From assembly GCA_963753975.1 (NCBI GenBank), contig CAVWEH010000002.1, forward strand, positions 256,001 to 320,000: DNA of 64,000 bases, read 5' to 3'. This DNA is from an uncultured delta proteobacterium. Lineage in GTDB: Bacteria > Desulfobacterota > Syntrophia > Syntrophales > Smithellaceae. Below, piece by piece: positions 50,965-61,336 of the stretch; positions within the stretch are counted from its first letter, which is position 1; each line of letters opens with the position of its first letter. The notes beneath the pieces are model-generated. The model saw only the letters and a list, made by a program, of their open reading frames with translations. It made no database searches and was not told where the DNA came from. Made by a program: the position numbers and the translations under genes.

Positions 50965-52014
50965 CTATTTGAATTTATTTTTTTCCTTATTTTTCGGTTG
51001 TTTCTTTCCCCAGACGGGATGCCGCTTCGCGGCAAGACGCACGATGCGACTTCCCATTTGTCCATAACTAAAACCGGCAAATTCAGCGACGCAGGCCATG
51101 CTGGCATCGTGACTAATGTCCGGATTGGGATTTACATCCAGAATAAAAAAAACATTATTTTGATAGCGGACGTCAAGACGGGCGTAATCCCTACATCCCA
51201 AAGCCCGATAGGCAGCCTTGCATATCTGCTCCAAGACCTCTATTTCTTTTTCGTTAAGCGGCGCCGGCAGTAATGTCTCTATCTTTTCATAGTGATCGGA
51301 ACCGGGAGTGGATTTCGCTTCATAGGTACATAGCCGGTCTTTTAAATCACTGAAAAAGGAGAAGTCCATTTCGGCGGGAGGCAACATTTCAAGATATTCA
51401 TTTCCCCACAAGGTAATATGAAATTCCCGCCCGTCGATAAACTCTTCGACCAGAGCAGGTTGACGGTATTTACCCAGGATATAGGCTATCCTATTTTTCA
51501 ACTCCCTAGTCTTCATCACGACGGAATCAGGCGTAATACCTTCAGAACAATGTTCGTTTACAGGTTTGACAATTGCGGGAAAACGATCCCACGATCCAGG
51601 TTCAGCCAGATTAAATATCTGCCACCTCGGCGTCGGGATGTTTTCTTGATCAAGGATTATTTTCACGCGACACTTGTCTTGAGAGAGCGCCAAGGCGTTG
51701 GAGTCCGCGCCGGTAAATACAAAACCCAGCATCTCCATTCTTTTCGCCACAAGCCATTCTCCATTGTTTGTTCCGGGCAAACTTTCGCACCAGTTGAAGA
51801 CAATGTGTTCCAGGGGATTGAAAGTATCAAGATAACTCGCTATATTATCATCAAAAATGGGGACAAAAACAGTGGGGTGTCCCTCTTCTATCAATGCTTG
51901 ACCCAGCTGAGACGATACGGTTATCACCTCATCTTTTTCTGCTTGTGTCCAGTCCGAATTAACGTTGTATAATAATATTACCGGAATGTTCGTAGGATCA
52001 ATATCTACAGGCAC
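50965..52014 (-). CDS. D-Ala-D-Ala-ligase-like ATP-grasp enzyme
   Basis: VFNWCE, FTG, QDK, PAIVKP..EHCSEG, EEFIDGRE, DYARLD and DVNPNP. Lacks the Ddl N-terminal GGxSxE motif. Confidence 0.85.
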   Translation of the reverse strand: MPVDIDPTNIPVILLYNVNSDWTQAEKDEVITVSSQLGQALIEEGHPTVFVPIFDDNIASYLDTFNPLEHIVFNWCESLPGTNNGEWLVAKRMEMLGFVFTGADSNALALSQDKCRVKIILDQENIPTPRWQIFNLAEPGSWDRFPAIVKPVNEHCSEGITPDSVVMKTRELKNRIAYILGKYRQPALVEEFIDGREFHITLWGNEYLEMLPPAEMDFSFFSDLKDRLCTYEAKSTPGSDHYEKIETLLPAPLNEKEIEVLEQICKAAYRALGCRDYARLDVRYQNNVFFILDVNPNPDISHDASMACVAEFAGFSYGQMGSRIVRLAAKRHPVWGKKQPKNKEKNKFK

Positions 52015-52251
52015 CCACTACCTCTCCAAATCAATTCACTACTCGCTTTTTTTTAAACATACACCATCGCTTTATGTTTAAGTATAACTTAAACTTATTA
52101 ATTATGCTATCAGAATTACCCTATTGCCGAGCATTAACAACCATCACCAATACCTGCTTAACACTCTGCTATCGACCAATCTGATTTGGTCATCTGTTCT
52201 TTTATATTTTCTGGACCAGCAGAAAAGATTCGATCCAATATCTTCCATATC

Positions 52252-54087
52252 TTACTTCTTAAAAGGTATGGTTAACTTATATATCCCTTCGGATAAAACC
52301 ATGTGTACGGGACATGGTGCTTTTTCATAAACTTTTAACATCGCTTTATTGTTTTCCAGAACATCAGCCATAAATCCGGCAACGCCCTCCTCCCTGGCAA
52401 TTCGAATCAGCAATTCAAATAAATACGATGCGATGCCCTTGCCCTGATAGCTTTCATCGACGATAAATGCTGTATCCGCAAAAGGCTCGTTTTTAGAGCG
52501 GGCATAACGCGCTTCGGCGATAATTTTTTCTACACCTGATTCATCGACAATGGCCACGATTGACATCTGAAACCTGTAATCGATATTGACGTATTCCTGC
52601 ATTTTTTCATGAGGCATTGTCTTAATGGGACTGAAATAACGGTAATAGACAGCTTGATCCGAAAACCGGTAAAATAATCGGCGCATTTCATCTTCATCTG
52701 ATGGTTTGATTGCGCGAAAACGGACATTCAGCCCATTATTAAATTTATGAGAACAGGCTATTTTAGCCGGGTAAAGATGTCCGGAACCGGGGAAATAAAT
52801 CTGATCAGCGTAGATCATCTTTTCTTCCTTGGCCTGCCTGACGAGATCAGCTCTATCGTCGGGATGGGCAATTTCAATCAGTGCTTGCGCCCGTTCCCTC
52901 AGGGTTTTACCCATCAAATACGCGACGCCATATTCTGTAACAACAAGATCCATGGATTCCCGATTCGTAAACTGAAATGGATATTTATCGACGGAAATGA
53001 GAATATTCGCTTGCCCCTTGCGGTTTCGACTGGGAAGGGCAAATATTGTACGACCGTTATTTGACAGGGTGGCTCCCATAAAGAGCTCCTGAACGTTTCC
53101 CGGGCCGGCTGTTACATTTCCCTTGCCGGTATGCAAAGCGATATTTCCAGTCAGATCAACTTTACGCGCCGGGGAAATCGCAATCATGTTATCGTTGAGG
53201 CCGATGGTTCTGGGATCCATCACAATATCCTGCGGCTGAAATTCCACCAGAGAATTTAAATCCAGCCATTTCATCAATTCCTTGGTGCCGATCACATAGG
53301 AAGCGCAAGACTTGCCGCGAAAGATGCCTTTATTGCGGTTGGTGATAGCGCCGCTTTTAACCAGATCCATCAGGGCGTCCGTAAAGAAAGGCGAATGCAC
53401 TCCTAGATTCTTTTTCGTCGCGAGTGTCTTGGCCAGCGCTTCGTAGAGAGGACCGATTCCATAGGAAATGCAACTGCCGTCTTCGATAACCGAAGCGATA
53501 TTGGCGGCGATTTTCAGATAAACCTCTTGCAAAGGCCAGCGTCCGACATAAAACTGTGGTTCTGTCGCCTCGACGAGGTATTGGAAGTCATTCATATTAA
53601 CCAGAGTATCACCCATCGTTCGGGGAATTTGGGAATTGATCTCGCCGACAACTATTTTAGCCATTTCCATGGCTTGCCTTTCCGCAGCCGCGCCCACCAG
53701 ATAAGAATAACCGTTGTCGTCGGGAGACGTCACCTGGATAAAAGCCACATCGATATTGATGACGCCGGTTTTAAATAACCACGGTATCCGCGAAAACCGG
53801 CTGGGAATCAGATCAACACGCCCTTGGCTTATGGCCTCAGAAGCAATCCAGCCAGAGAAAAACGTCTTTAACCGGAATTTCCGTGCGTACCGCTCATCAA
53901 TGGCCACCGCGTCTCCAAGACTCACAAGTTGAATCAGCTCCAGATCCTGCAGATTATACTGATCCGATTCCATCAGATGCTTGACCAGCGTACGCGGTTC
54001 TGCCATGCCGCTGCCCAGGAAGATACTCATACCAGGTTCTATCTTTGAAAGTATTTCTTCCGGGGAAACAACTTTATTTTTCCACAT
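52252..54087 (-). CDS. Acetyl-CoA hydrolase/CoA-transferase-like domain fused to a GNAT acetyltransferase
   Basis: DVAFIQV, VDLTG, VVTEYGVAYL, ERAQALIEIAHPDDR; GNAT part with RYFS, AEARY, YQGKGIA and NKAM. Confidence 0.9.
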   Translation of the reverse strand: MWKNKVVSPEEILSKIEPGMSIFLGSGMAEPRTLVKHLMESDQYNLQDLELIQLVSLGDAVAIDERYARKFRLKTFFSGWIASEAISQGRVDLIPSRFSRIPWLFKTGVINIDVAFIQVTSPDDNGYSYLVGAAAERQAMEMAKIVVGEINSQIPRTMGDTLVNMNDFQYLVEATEPQFYVGRWPLQEVYLKIAANIASVIEDGSCISYGIGPLYEALAKTLATKKNLGVHSPFFTDALMDLVKSGAITNRNKGIFRGKSCASYVIGTKELMKWLDLNSLVEFQPQDIVMDPRTIGLNDNMIAISPARKVDLTGNIALHTGKGNVTAGPGNVQELFMGATLSNNGRTIFALPSRNRKGQANILISVDKYPFQFTNRESMDLVVTEYGVAYLMGKTLRERAQALIEIAHPDDRADLVRQAKEEKMIYADQIYFPGSGHLYPAKIACSHKFNNGLNVRFRAIKPSDEDEMRRLFYRFSDQAVYYRYFSPIKTMPHEKMQEYVNIDYRFQMSIVAIVDESGVEKIIAEARYARSKNEPFADTAFIVDESYQGKGIASYLFELLIRIAREEGVAGFMADVLENNKAMLKVYEKAPCPVHMVLSEGIYKLTIPFKK

Positions 54088-54241
54088 ATTTTTCTGCCCG
54101 TTAATTATTTTGCTGCCAAGATTATATCATGAGAGAGCTATATGATGGTATCAAATCTTTTTTTGACATTCGAAAAAATTGTTTGGGGATATTCATGGTC
54201 AATAATCAAACTTACGGCTTAGGGCATAACGTGACGGAAGA

Positions 54242-54571
54242 CTACTTCTCTTCTTCAATCTTGACGACGTTTTCGTACATAGAAAATATCGGAATTCTCC
54301 ATCCGTATTTTTTGATACTTACAATTTTCCCCTTGAGTTTGATGGCATCGTTCTGAATCGTCCCGGAATTGAACTTTAACCGGTATCCGGCATCGTAGTT
54401 CACAAAAGGCCGATACTCCGTCGCGATCATAAACCTTCCATCAACCTTTGTCATTTGCGCGTCGGTTATTCGCGTCATGACCGTGTCGGCAACGAAATAA
54501 CTATACAGTACCAGCAGAATACAAGCAACGACTCCGAGCAATATTATTTTGATCTTCACATCATTCTCCAA
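54242..54571 (-). CDS. Small membrane-anchored protein (DUF1523-like)
   Basis: N-terminal TM helix; KFNS and the YGWRIPIFSMYEN tail recalled for DUF1523-type proteins. Start uncertain. Confidence 0.6.
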   Translation of the reverse strand: MENDVKIKIILLGVVACILLVLYSYFVADTVMTRITDAQMTKVDGRFMIATEYRPFVNYDAGYRLKFNSGTIQNDAIKLKGKIVSIKKYGWRIPIFSMYENVVKIEEEK

Positions 54572-55092
54572 GCATCATAGTATTTGATACTTTTCTGATA
54601 ACAACTCATTTTTATTAAATAGAATAATAATATGGAAGTTTTTACGCGTCAATAAAATAATAACCACAAGATACGGAATTATGTTTAATCCCGGTATTTT
54701 TTATGACTAATATTATATTTAAAAAAGGGTGTTTAAAAAATTATGTGTATTTTTTTAAAAATACAATAAAGTGTTTCACCTACTACTGTTCAGTGGTCGG
54801 TAGTTGTCAGAATTAATGAGGCAAGATAATCCTGATGGAAAATGTTTTTTGCAGCAATCGCTGGCTGGAACCGGGGCAATACCGTCTGCAAGAAGTTTTT
54901 GCGGATATCCGCTCCCACGGTATTTTGTATACGATATGAGAACAGTGCGACTCAAAAATGTATTTTTAAAGACGCATTTCCTCATTTATATAAAAGTGAA
55001 ATTTTCATATAAATCTCCTTAACAACCTATACAGAGTCACTTATAATTCTGAAATAAAAATTATAATGATTAAGTTGTGGATGCAAGGTCAT

Positions 55093-55689
55093 TTAACGAG
55101 CGACTCCGTCTTGTTTAATTACCTTGGGAATAGTATTCCATAATATTTTCATATCCAAAATGAATGATTTGTTTTTCAGATAATATTCGTCATATGAAAC
55201 TTTAATAGAAATAGAAAGATCGTCTCTACCGTTAATTTGCGCCCATCCGGTTATGCCGGGCAAAAGCTCTGATATTTGCCTTTCCGTTCTTAATTTAATT
55301 AAATCATTTTGATTAAACAGAGCCGGTCGGGGCCCGACAAGACTCATATCGCCTTTGAGTACACTCCATAACTGGGGCAACTCGTCAAAACTTGTTTCAC
55401 GCAAGAATAATCCTACTGGTGTCAGATAAATATTTACATCTTCAAAAAGATGAGTCGCTACATCCGGGGCTCCAATATGCATGGTCCGAAATTTAGGCAT
55501 GGAAAATATTTGATTGTTTTTGCCCACTCGATGCGACCAATGTATGACAGGGCCAGGTGAAGTTAGCTTTACGGAAACGGCAATAATAATGAGGGGCAAA
55601 GCCATTAGGGCTGTTAAAATTAAAGCCGCTGTAAAGTCAAAAAAACGCTTTAAAAATTCAAAATCTCTGGACTTTTTCAAAACTTTCAT
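55093..55689 (-). CDS. Small bacterial sugar transferase (initiating phosphoglycosyl transferase)
   Basis: KRFFD, KFRTM, DELPQL, GDMSLVGPRP and PGITGWAQINGR. Confidence 0.93.
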   Translation of the reverse strand: MKVLKKSRDFEFLKRFFDFTAALILTALMALPLIIIAVSVKLTSPGPVIHWSHRVGKNNQIFSMPKFRTMHIGAPDVATHLFEDVNIYLTPVGLFLRETSFDELPQLWSVLKGDMSLVGPRPALFNQNDLIKLRTERQISELLPGITGWAQINGRDDLSISIKVSYDEYYLKNKSFILDMKILWNTIPKVIKQDGVAR

Positions 55690-55985
55690 CTATTTTATTT
55701 TGCACCATAATTGACCGGTGATTTTTTTTAAGGCAATTGAAGTTTTATAAAGTTCTTCCGATTACAGCATGTATTTGACGATAGGATTTCCCCTGGCTCA
55801 TTTGTCCTGATCTTGGTTTGACTTGAGTACGCTGCTCACTCTTCTTAAAGCTCCGCTCTCTCAGTTACATGAATCAAAAAGATGTAAGCTCGTAAAAAAT
55901 AATATTTAAGCACCCGGTGACGACTATACCGGATAGGAGGGTATTAGATGTGCTATAAGATTTATCAACCAAATTTTTATACTTA

Positions 55986-56057
55986 TCAGGGAAGCAAGCA
56001 ATCCCCGATTAAGCTGGTCGCACCGATAACACCTACCCGTCCTTTACAATCGCTTAT
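55986..56057 (-). pseudogene. Truncated 5' remnant of an NAD-dependent epimerase/SDR
   Basis: Translates to ISDCKGRVGVIGATSLIGDCLLP*, a Rossmann GxxxxxG start, overlapping the GT2 stop. Confidence 0.55.
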
Positions 56058-56964
56058 GCTTCAACCATTGTTTTATATACTTTAAGTTATAGTAAACGAC
56101 AACAGCGCCAAATCGTAACCAAACACCAAATCCAACAATCCAAAATAATACACCCGGATACTGACGGCGAAAAAATTTGCCGTAGAAACGCATCATTCCC
56201 TTGTGTTTGTGCCATTGAACAAAAACGGGGCAGGACATACTGCACATCCCTTGATGATGAACCATGCGGGCATCGGGTACAAACATGATTTTCCAGCCCC
56301 TCTGGCGAAAACGGATACACCAATCGAGATCTTCACAGTGTAGGGAATAACCCTCGTCCAGGGGGCCAACATCCAATAGCGCATCGCGCCTCACCAGCAT
56401 GCAGGCACCGGAAATTGCCTCCACATCGATGGGACAATCCGGCGCAGCTTTTTTATACAAATTAAAATCGGCAAACAGCCGTGGCCAGCGGCCTGAAAAG
56501 CGGTACAAACTAAAAGCGCGAACAAAGGAACGCCATGGGGTTGGTATCATACGGCGGCACCCTCTCTGCTCGGTGCCATCCGGGGTGATCAACATGCCTC
56601 CCACCATGCCTGCTCTGGAATCAACCTCTAACACCTGAACCATACGTTGCAAAGAATCTGCGCCCAATAAACAATCGGGGTTCAGGAATAAAATATAAGA
56701 TTCTGTAGCCGCGCTTATCCCAATATTGCAGCCGGCAGCGAAGCCCCGGTTACTCTCCAGGCAAATCACGCATAACCGATCTTCTGAAGGGAAACTAGCC
56801 TCCAATTCTTTTAGGCTTAAATCTGAAGATGCGTTATCAACAACGATAACTTGCCGGGCTTGCTCCAAACAGGAGTGCACACATGCAGTCAATAATGCGC
56901 TACAGTTATAGTTGACAATTACAATGGAAACAGCCTCTTGGACAGAAGAACTACTCAAAGCCAT
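56044..56964 (-). CDS. GT2 glycosyltransferase (WbbL / rhamnosyltransferase-like)
   Basis: IVIVNYN, VDNASSD, NRGFAAGCN, LNPD, SGAC and CEDLDWC. Confidence 0.92.
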   Translation of the reverse strand: MALSSSSVQEAVSIVIVNYNCSALLTACVHSCLEQARQVIVVDNASSDLSLKELEASFPSEDRLCVICLESNRGFAAGCNIGISAATESYILFLNPDCLLGADSLQRMVQVLEVDSRAGMVGGMLITPDGTEQRGCRRMIPTPWRSFVRAFSLYRFSGRWPRLFADFNLYKKAAPDCPIDVEAISGACMLVRRDALLDVGPLDEGYSLHCEDLDWCIRFRQRGWKIMFVPDARMVHHQGMCSMSCPVFVQWHKHKGMMRFYGKFFRRQYPGVLFWIVGFGVWLRFGAVVVYYNLKYIKQWLKHKRL

Positions 56965-57812
56965 TTGACACCTTCAAGGTGACATTAAACTAGAAAGCCG
57001 CTTTACATAAATCACTATTATAGATTCATGCTTGGCGGCTCAGCGATCGCTACTGAAGCTTACACCCGTTGCTTTCCGTTCCCTTTTGAAACGGGATGGC
57101 TTTTTCAGGCAAAATGCATTTGCTCTAGCTCTAACAGCGTTCCAAGCAACGTTCTGTTTTCTGGATTTTTCCAATAATAAGAGATGGCATCTTTTATAAA
57201 ACCCGAACTCCATAGTCAAGTAAATAATCACCAATATTTTATGTGCAAATGGCAGCAAATAACCATCACCAAAGGAGGTAAATTGTGTTTATTACGGAGG
57301 GAGATCCTGCATTTTCGCCGCGTTTAATGATTTGTGGACTTCAGTCAAATAAGGATGAGCATTTACAGGAAGAATGTCGGATTCTTCACAAACGAAAAAT
57401 CGGCTGTCACGCATTTGCACATTTCATCTAGTATTCAGTAAAATGCTTCGGAGATCCGACCTGCACCTTTGTTTTGAAGCCTTAAACGCCTATAAAAAGG
57501 TCCCTTCTAACACTTACAGGCAGATATGCCGCCATTATCTAACCATTTAAAATCGTTATTTTTCCACTGAAAATCGCGTTATTACATAAATGTATGTAAA
57601 AAATTCGTTTTCTTCCACTGAACTTATATTTTTATTGTTTATAAACATCAGATAATTTTGGCAACTTGGTCATTTCACATTTTTTATACTTCAGTTTTTC
57701 TGACTTACCATAGAAAACAATCAAATTACCTATGCAAAACGGGACAAAATCACTCGGGCTCAGACAACGACATATTACAACTGAATACTCTTGACTCCCA
57801 ATCCTCACCATA

Positions 57813-58961
57813 TTAATGCTGATAATGAACCGACTCAAGAAATCGGTGCACTGTTTCGGACGCTTCATCCCATGAAGTCGGAAACATACTCATCCGCACT
57901 TGTCCTGCATGGATCATTTCACGACGGAGATGTGCATTGCTTTTTAATTTTTCGATCTGTTCTACCCATGCCTGTACGTCTGTCGCGCCGACGTATAAAG
58001 CAGCAGGGCCGCAGAGATCATGCGCATAGAGAAGATCGGCAATTATTTGCGGCCGCCCCCACTGCATGGCTTCTAAGTGAGCGGAGCTGAGAGATTCCAG
58101 AACGCTTGGCATCAAACAGGCATGACATGCCGCATACAAGGATCTTAAGTATGATTTAGCCACCCAGCCAACGGGCACGATGTAACCCTTTTCGATGAGG
58201 CTGACTGTCTCCGGCCACCCGGCATCTAGGATTTCCTCCGGTTTGACAGTGAGAATGACTCTGACTCGGACATTCCTTCGCGCCAGTTCCGAAAATGCCC
58301 TGATCAAAGTGACATGATTCTTATGCGGCATATAGGTGGACACGTAGAGGAACGTAAACGTGCTGCGTCCCAAGCCCCTTTCAAGAGCACTTTGCAGAAA
58401 TGACGGCAATGGTTCTGGTCGAACATCCATCTCCCTTTCAACGGCCTTTGGGGCGACGCAGATTTCTTGAGGAGCACCCTGGATACGACGGACGTAGTCT
58501 CCCATGAGCTGTGTCTCCACGACCACGGCGTCGTAAATCCGAAGAGAACGGCGAAAGAACCATCGGAGCAGGGCAACGTGCAAAGTGCTGCCGGGGTGGT
58601 AGCGCGAGTCCTCCCAAGGACAGACCTGATAGGCGTTAGTCATGCTGAGCACGGAAGGAATACCTGTCTTGACGTACGAACCTAGGTTCATGGACCAAAG
58701 GATATCCGCCCTTGTCTCACGCACAATCCTAGGCAAGAAAAAAACGCTAAGCAGCAACCGGTCTATTTCCTGCCAACCAGTTAAGCGAAACCTTCGAATC
58801 CGAATGTTCGGCACATCTTCCAGCTCGTCGAAGTGGACTAACGGCGAGGTGACGATCTGGATTTCATCTTCGGGATGGCTAAGAGCCATGGTACGCAGAA
58901 GGATAATTATGTTAGCGAGTCCACCGCCTCCCCCCATGTAATAGTGGAAAATGATTCTCAT
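57813..58961 (-). CDS. GT4 glycosyltransferase
   Basis: GGGG at the N-terminus, PHKNH and PSVLESLSSAHLEAM (Ex7E). Higher GC than its surroundings. Confidence 0.88.
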   Translation of the reverse strand: MRIIFHYYMGGGGGLANIIILLRTMALSHPEDEIQIVTSPLVHFDELEDVPNIRIRRFRLTGWQEIDRLLLSVFFLPRIVRETRADILWSMNLGSYVKTGIPSVLSMTNAYQVCPWEDSRYHPGSTLHVALLRWFFRRSLRIYDAVVVETQLMGDYVRRIQGAPQEICVAPKAVEREMDVRPEPLPSFLQSALERGLGRSTFTFLYVSTYMPHKNHVTLIRAFSELARRNVRVRVILTVKPEEILDAGWPETVSLIEKGYIVPVGWVAKSYLRSLYAACHACLMPSVLESLSSAHLEAMQWGRPQIIADLLYAHDLCGPAALYVGATDVQAWVEQIEKLKSNAHLRREMIHAGQVRMSMFPTSWDEASETVHRFLESVHYQH

Positions 58962-59144
58962 ACTAATCGACCTTTGTAGCTGTTGGCTTAAACGACTATG
59001 GAGGAAGCGAAGGAAAGAACATTAGCGGCAGACTGGAGGACCATTTCCGCAAAACTTTTCGCTCGCCTTTATTTACCAAATCAGCAAACATCAAACACTC
59101 GGCATATTTTATGCAAAATATTTGTCGGATTCAAACTTCTGAAC

Positions 59145-60215
59145 TCATATAAATTCCTTATACACTCTTTCATAATTTTTGGCCATTGAGGCTATAGACC
59201 ATTTCTCGGTTTTCTGCTTTGCGATCAAAGCACGCCCTTTGGAAGCATCTGCATTACTCAATACCTGCAAAATGGCGTCGGCTGTCTGCCGCACATTGGA
59301 TGGATCCACAAAGAGCGCACTACTCTCATCAAGAATCTCCCTGTGCGCGGGGATATTAGAGAGCACGAGCGGGCAACCGCACCCCATGGCTTCCATGACC
59401 GTATTCGGATGTCCTTCATGCGCACTGAGCGAAACAAAAACCGATGCTTTTTTCATAAGTGCCCAAACTGAAGCGGCCGGTAAATGACCCGTAAACTGAA
59501 TATAAGCGTCCAGCCCCAGTTCATGTCTCAATACCTCTAGTTCTGAGTGACAAGGCCCATCCCCACACAAAACACCTAACACGTCTTGTTGTTGCCTGAC
59601 GCACGCCAGTGCTTCTAAAAAGGCTTTCTGTCTTTTGTGCACTTCCATCCGACCAACATAAAGCACAATGGGCGCTTCCGATTTTGAGAATCCAGGCGGC
59701 ACAGCTGCCTCAATCCTGCCTATTTCATGCATAGGCAATCCGTTTGGTACGATATGACGACAACTGTATGGTAGCTGCGCTTCCCAATATTCGTCACCAC
59801 CTGAAGAATTCACTACAATAGCACTGGCACAAGAACCTACTTGAACCCGCAAACGGCATTTCCATGTCGGCAGATAGGCCTGGGCCTGAGTCGATTCACG
59901 AAGTATCCAAGGGACTCCATTAAGTCTTGCAGCTATTCCACCCAGAACATCCATTTGCAAAATCCATGTATGAATGATGTCCGGCCTGATTCTCCGGATA
60001 AGACGGGCGAGTTGCCAAAGCAAATATGGATCGTAATTGGATCGGGAGTTGAGCTGGTGAAGAACTACACCGGGCAATTCAGGTCGCTGCGGCCCATCTG
60101 TGGAATACGCAACATGTACTTCATGGCCCATACGAACCAACTCGGGTGCCAGATAACTAAGCTGTCGCTCTGCCCCGCCGCCACTTAGGCTAGGTATGAG
60201 GTGTAGTATACGCAT
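59145..60215 (-). CDS. GT4 glycosyltransferase
   Basis: GGGAE, VPNG, VGR...K and EGHPNTVMEAM. Start at MRILHL. Confidence 0.92.
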   Translation of the reverse strand: MRILHLIPSLSGGGAERQLSYLAPELVRMGHEVHVAYSTDGPQRPELPGVVLHQLNSRSNYDPYLLWQLARLIRRIRPDIIHTWILQMDVLGGIAARLNGVPWILRESTQAQAYLPTWKCRLRVQVGSCASAIVVNSSGGDEYWEAQLPYSCRHIVPNGLPMHEIGRIEAAVPPGFSKSEAPIVLYVGRMEVHKRQKAFLEALACVRQQQDVLGVLCGDGPCHSELEVLRHELGLDAYIQFTGHLPAASVWALMKKASVFVSLSAHEGHPNTVMEAMGCGCPLVLSNIPAHREILDESSALFVDPSNVRQTADAILQVLSNADASKGRALIAKQKTEKWSIASMAKNYERVYKEFI

Positions 60216-60406
60216 ATTCAATCTATAAACTCCCGCAACCACATCACGCGCATCAGCCGTCATGAATGTCCGCACGCAAAGGCACCTAATAATATTGCTA
60301 GAAAAACTACTGGAATCTTTCTATTCCGGATACGCATCGCGCACCTTTTGAATTATGTGAAATTTGGGTGACACTAATAATTGTTACACCACTAATTCAT
60401 TCTCAT

Positions 60407-61336
60407 CTACAACAGACGCGATCGGAAATACTTCAACCAAGCAAGCGGTTTTGCACCAAGAAGACCAAATAGCAAGATAATCCAGTACCTGAGAGATAAA
60501 GAATTACTTCTCAAGGAAGAAAAAGAATATTTGATGCCTTTTAACTTATTACCGCTAAGAAAACATAATGTTGCCAAACCCGAAACCTGGTTGCTGTATA
60601 TATGCGGCGCATGCAACTTAAGCGCTTCCCCGTGATTCTTCAGGATGAGTTCCCAACTTAATGCTTGATCTCTGGCATCTTGTATTGAACGGGCGATATT
60701 TGGTTTGGTAAGCTGGTTTTCTGCGTCATGATGATAAATGTGCACTACATCAGGAAAAGACCAGGCATTGAATTGTTTCATGAAGTCCAGATGATATGGC
60801 ATCTCTAATGTTCTACCATCATAGTATCTGACTTTTGCTAATGCAGCACGCTTTACGACTTGAAATAAATGAGAGCGCAGTCCAAAGCCCGCTTCCATCT
60901 CCTTAATATATTTAATGTAGTCCCAAAACTCGTTTTTCAGAGGCGGATCGGGAGAAATTTCTCCCGTATCCATTTGCTGCATAAACTGCAGGCGAGATAT
61001 TTTCTCATCAACTTCATTGCTTCGTCTTGCAATTAAGGATAATGCTCCAGGAAGTAATTCGTCGTCGCTATCAAAACAAAGGACCCATTCACCAATTGCT
61101 TCGTCCACACCAGTATTTCTTGCTGGTCCAACGCCTCGATTTACCTTATGGCAAATAAGTTTGATTCGAGGGTCTGCGTATTTTTTTACCACATTTACAG
61201 ATTTGTCAGTTGAACCATCATCAACAACAATGATTTCATAATTCTCAAAGTCCTGATTAAGACAACTATTGATAGCACGGTCAATAAAACGCTCGCGGTT
61301 ATACATTGGTATAATTATACTGAAGTATGGCAACAC
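60407..61336 (-). CDS. GT2 glycosyltransferase
   Basis: SIIIPMYN, VDDGSTD, ARNTG and FDSDD. Confidence 0.92.
   Translation of the reverse strand: MLPYFSIIIPMYNRERFIDRAINSCLNQDFENYEIIVVDDGSTDKSVNVVKKYADPRIKLICHKVNRGVGPARNTGVDEAIGEWVLCFDSDDELLPGALSLIARRSNEVDEKISRLQFMQQMDTGEISPDPPLKNEFWDYIKYIKEMEAGFGLRSHLFQVVKRAALAKVRYYDGRTLEMPYHLDFMKQFNAWSFPDVVHIYHHDAENQLTKPNIARSIQDARDQALSWELILKNHGEALKLHAPHIYSNQVSGLATLCFLSGNKLKGIKYSFSSLRSNSLSLRYWIILLFGLLGAKPLAWLKYFRSRLL

Noticed and set aside
54776..55022. Selenoprotein-like frame (SD, then MKISLLYK-TGA with further in-frame TGAs) on the minus strand
   Set aside because: No redox motif context or evident SECIS hairpin; more likely a non-coding or decayed stretch.
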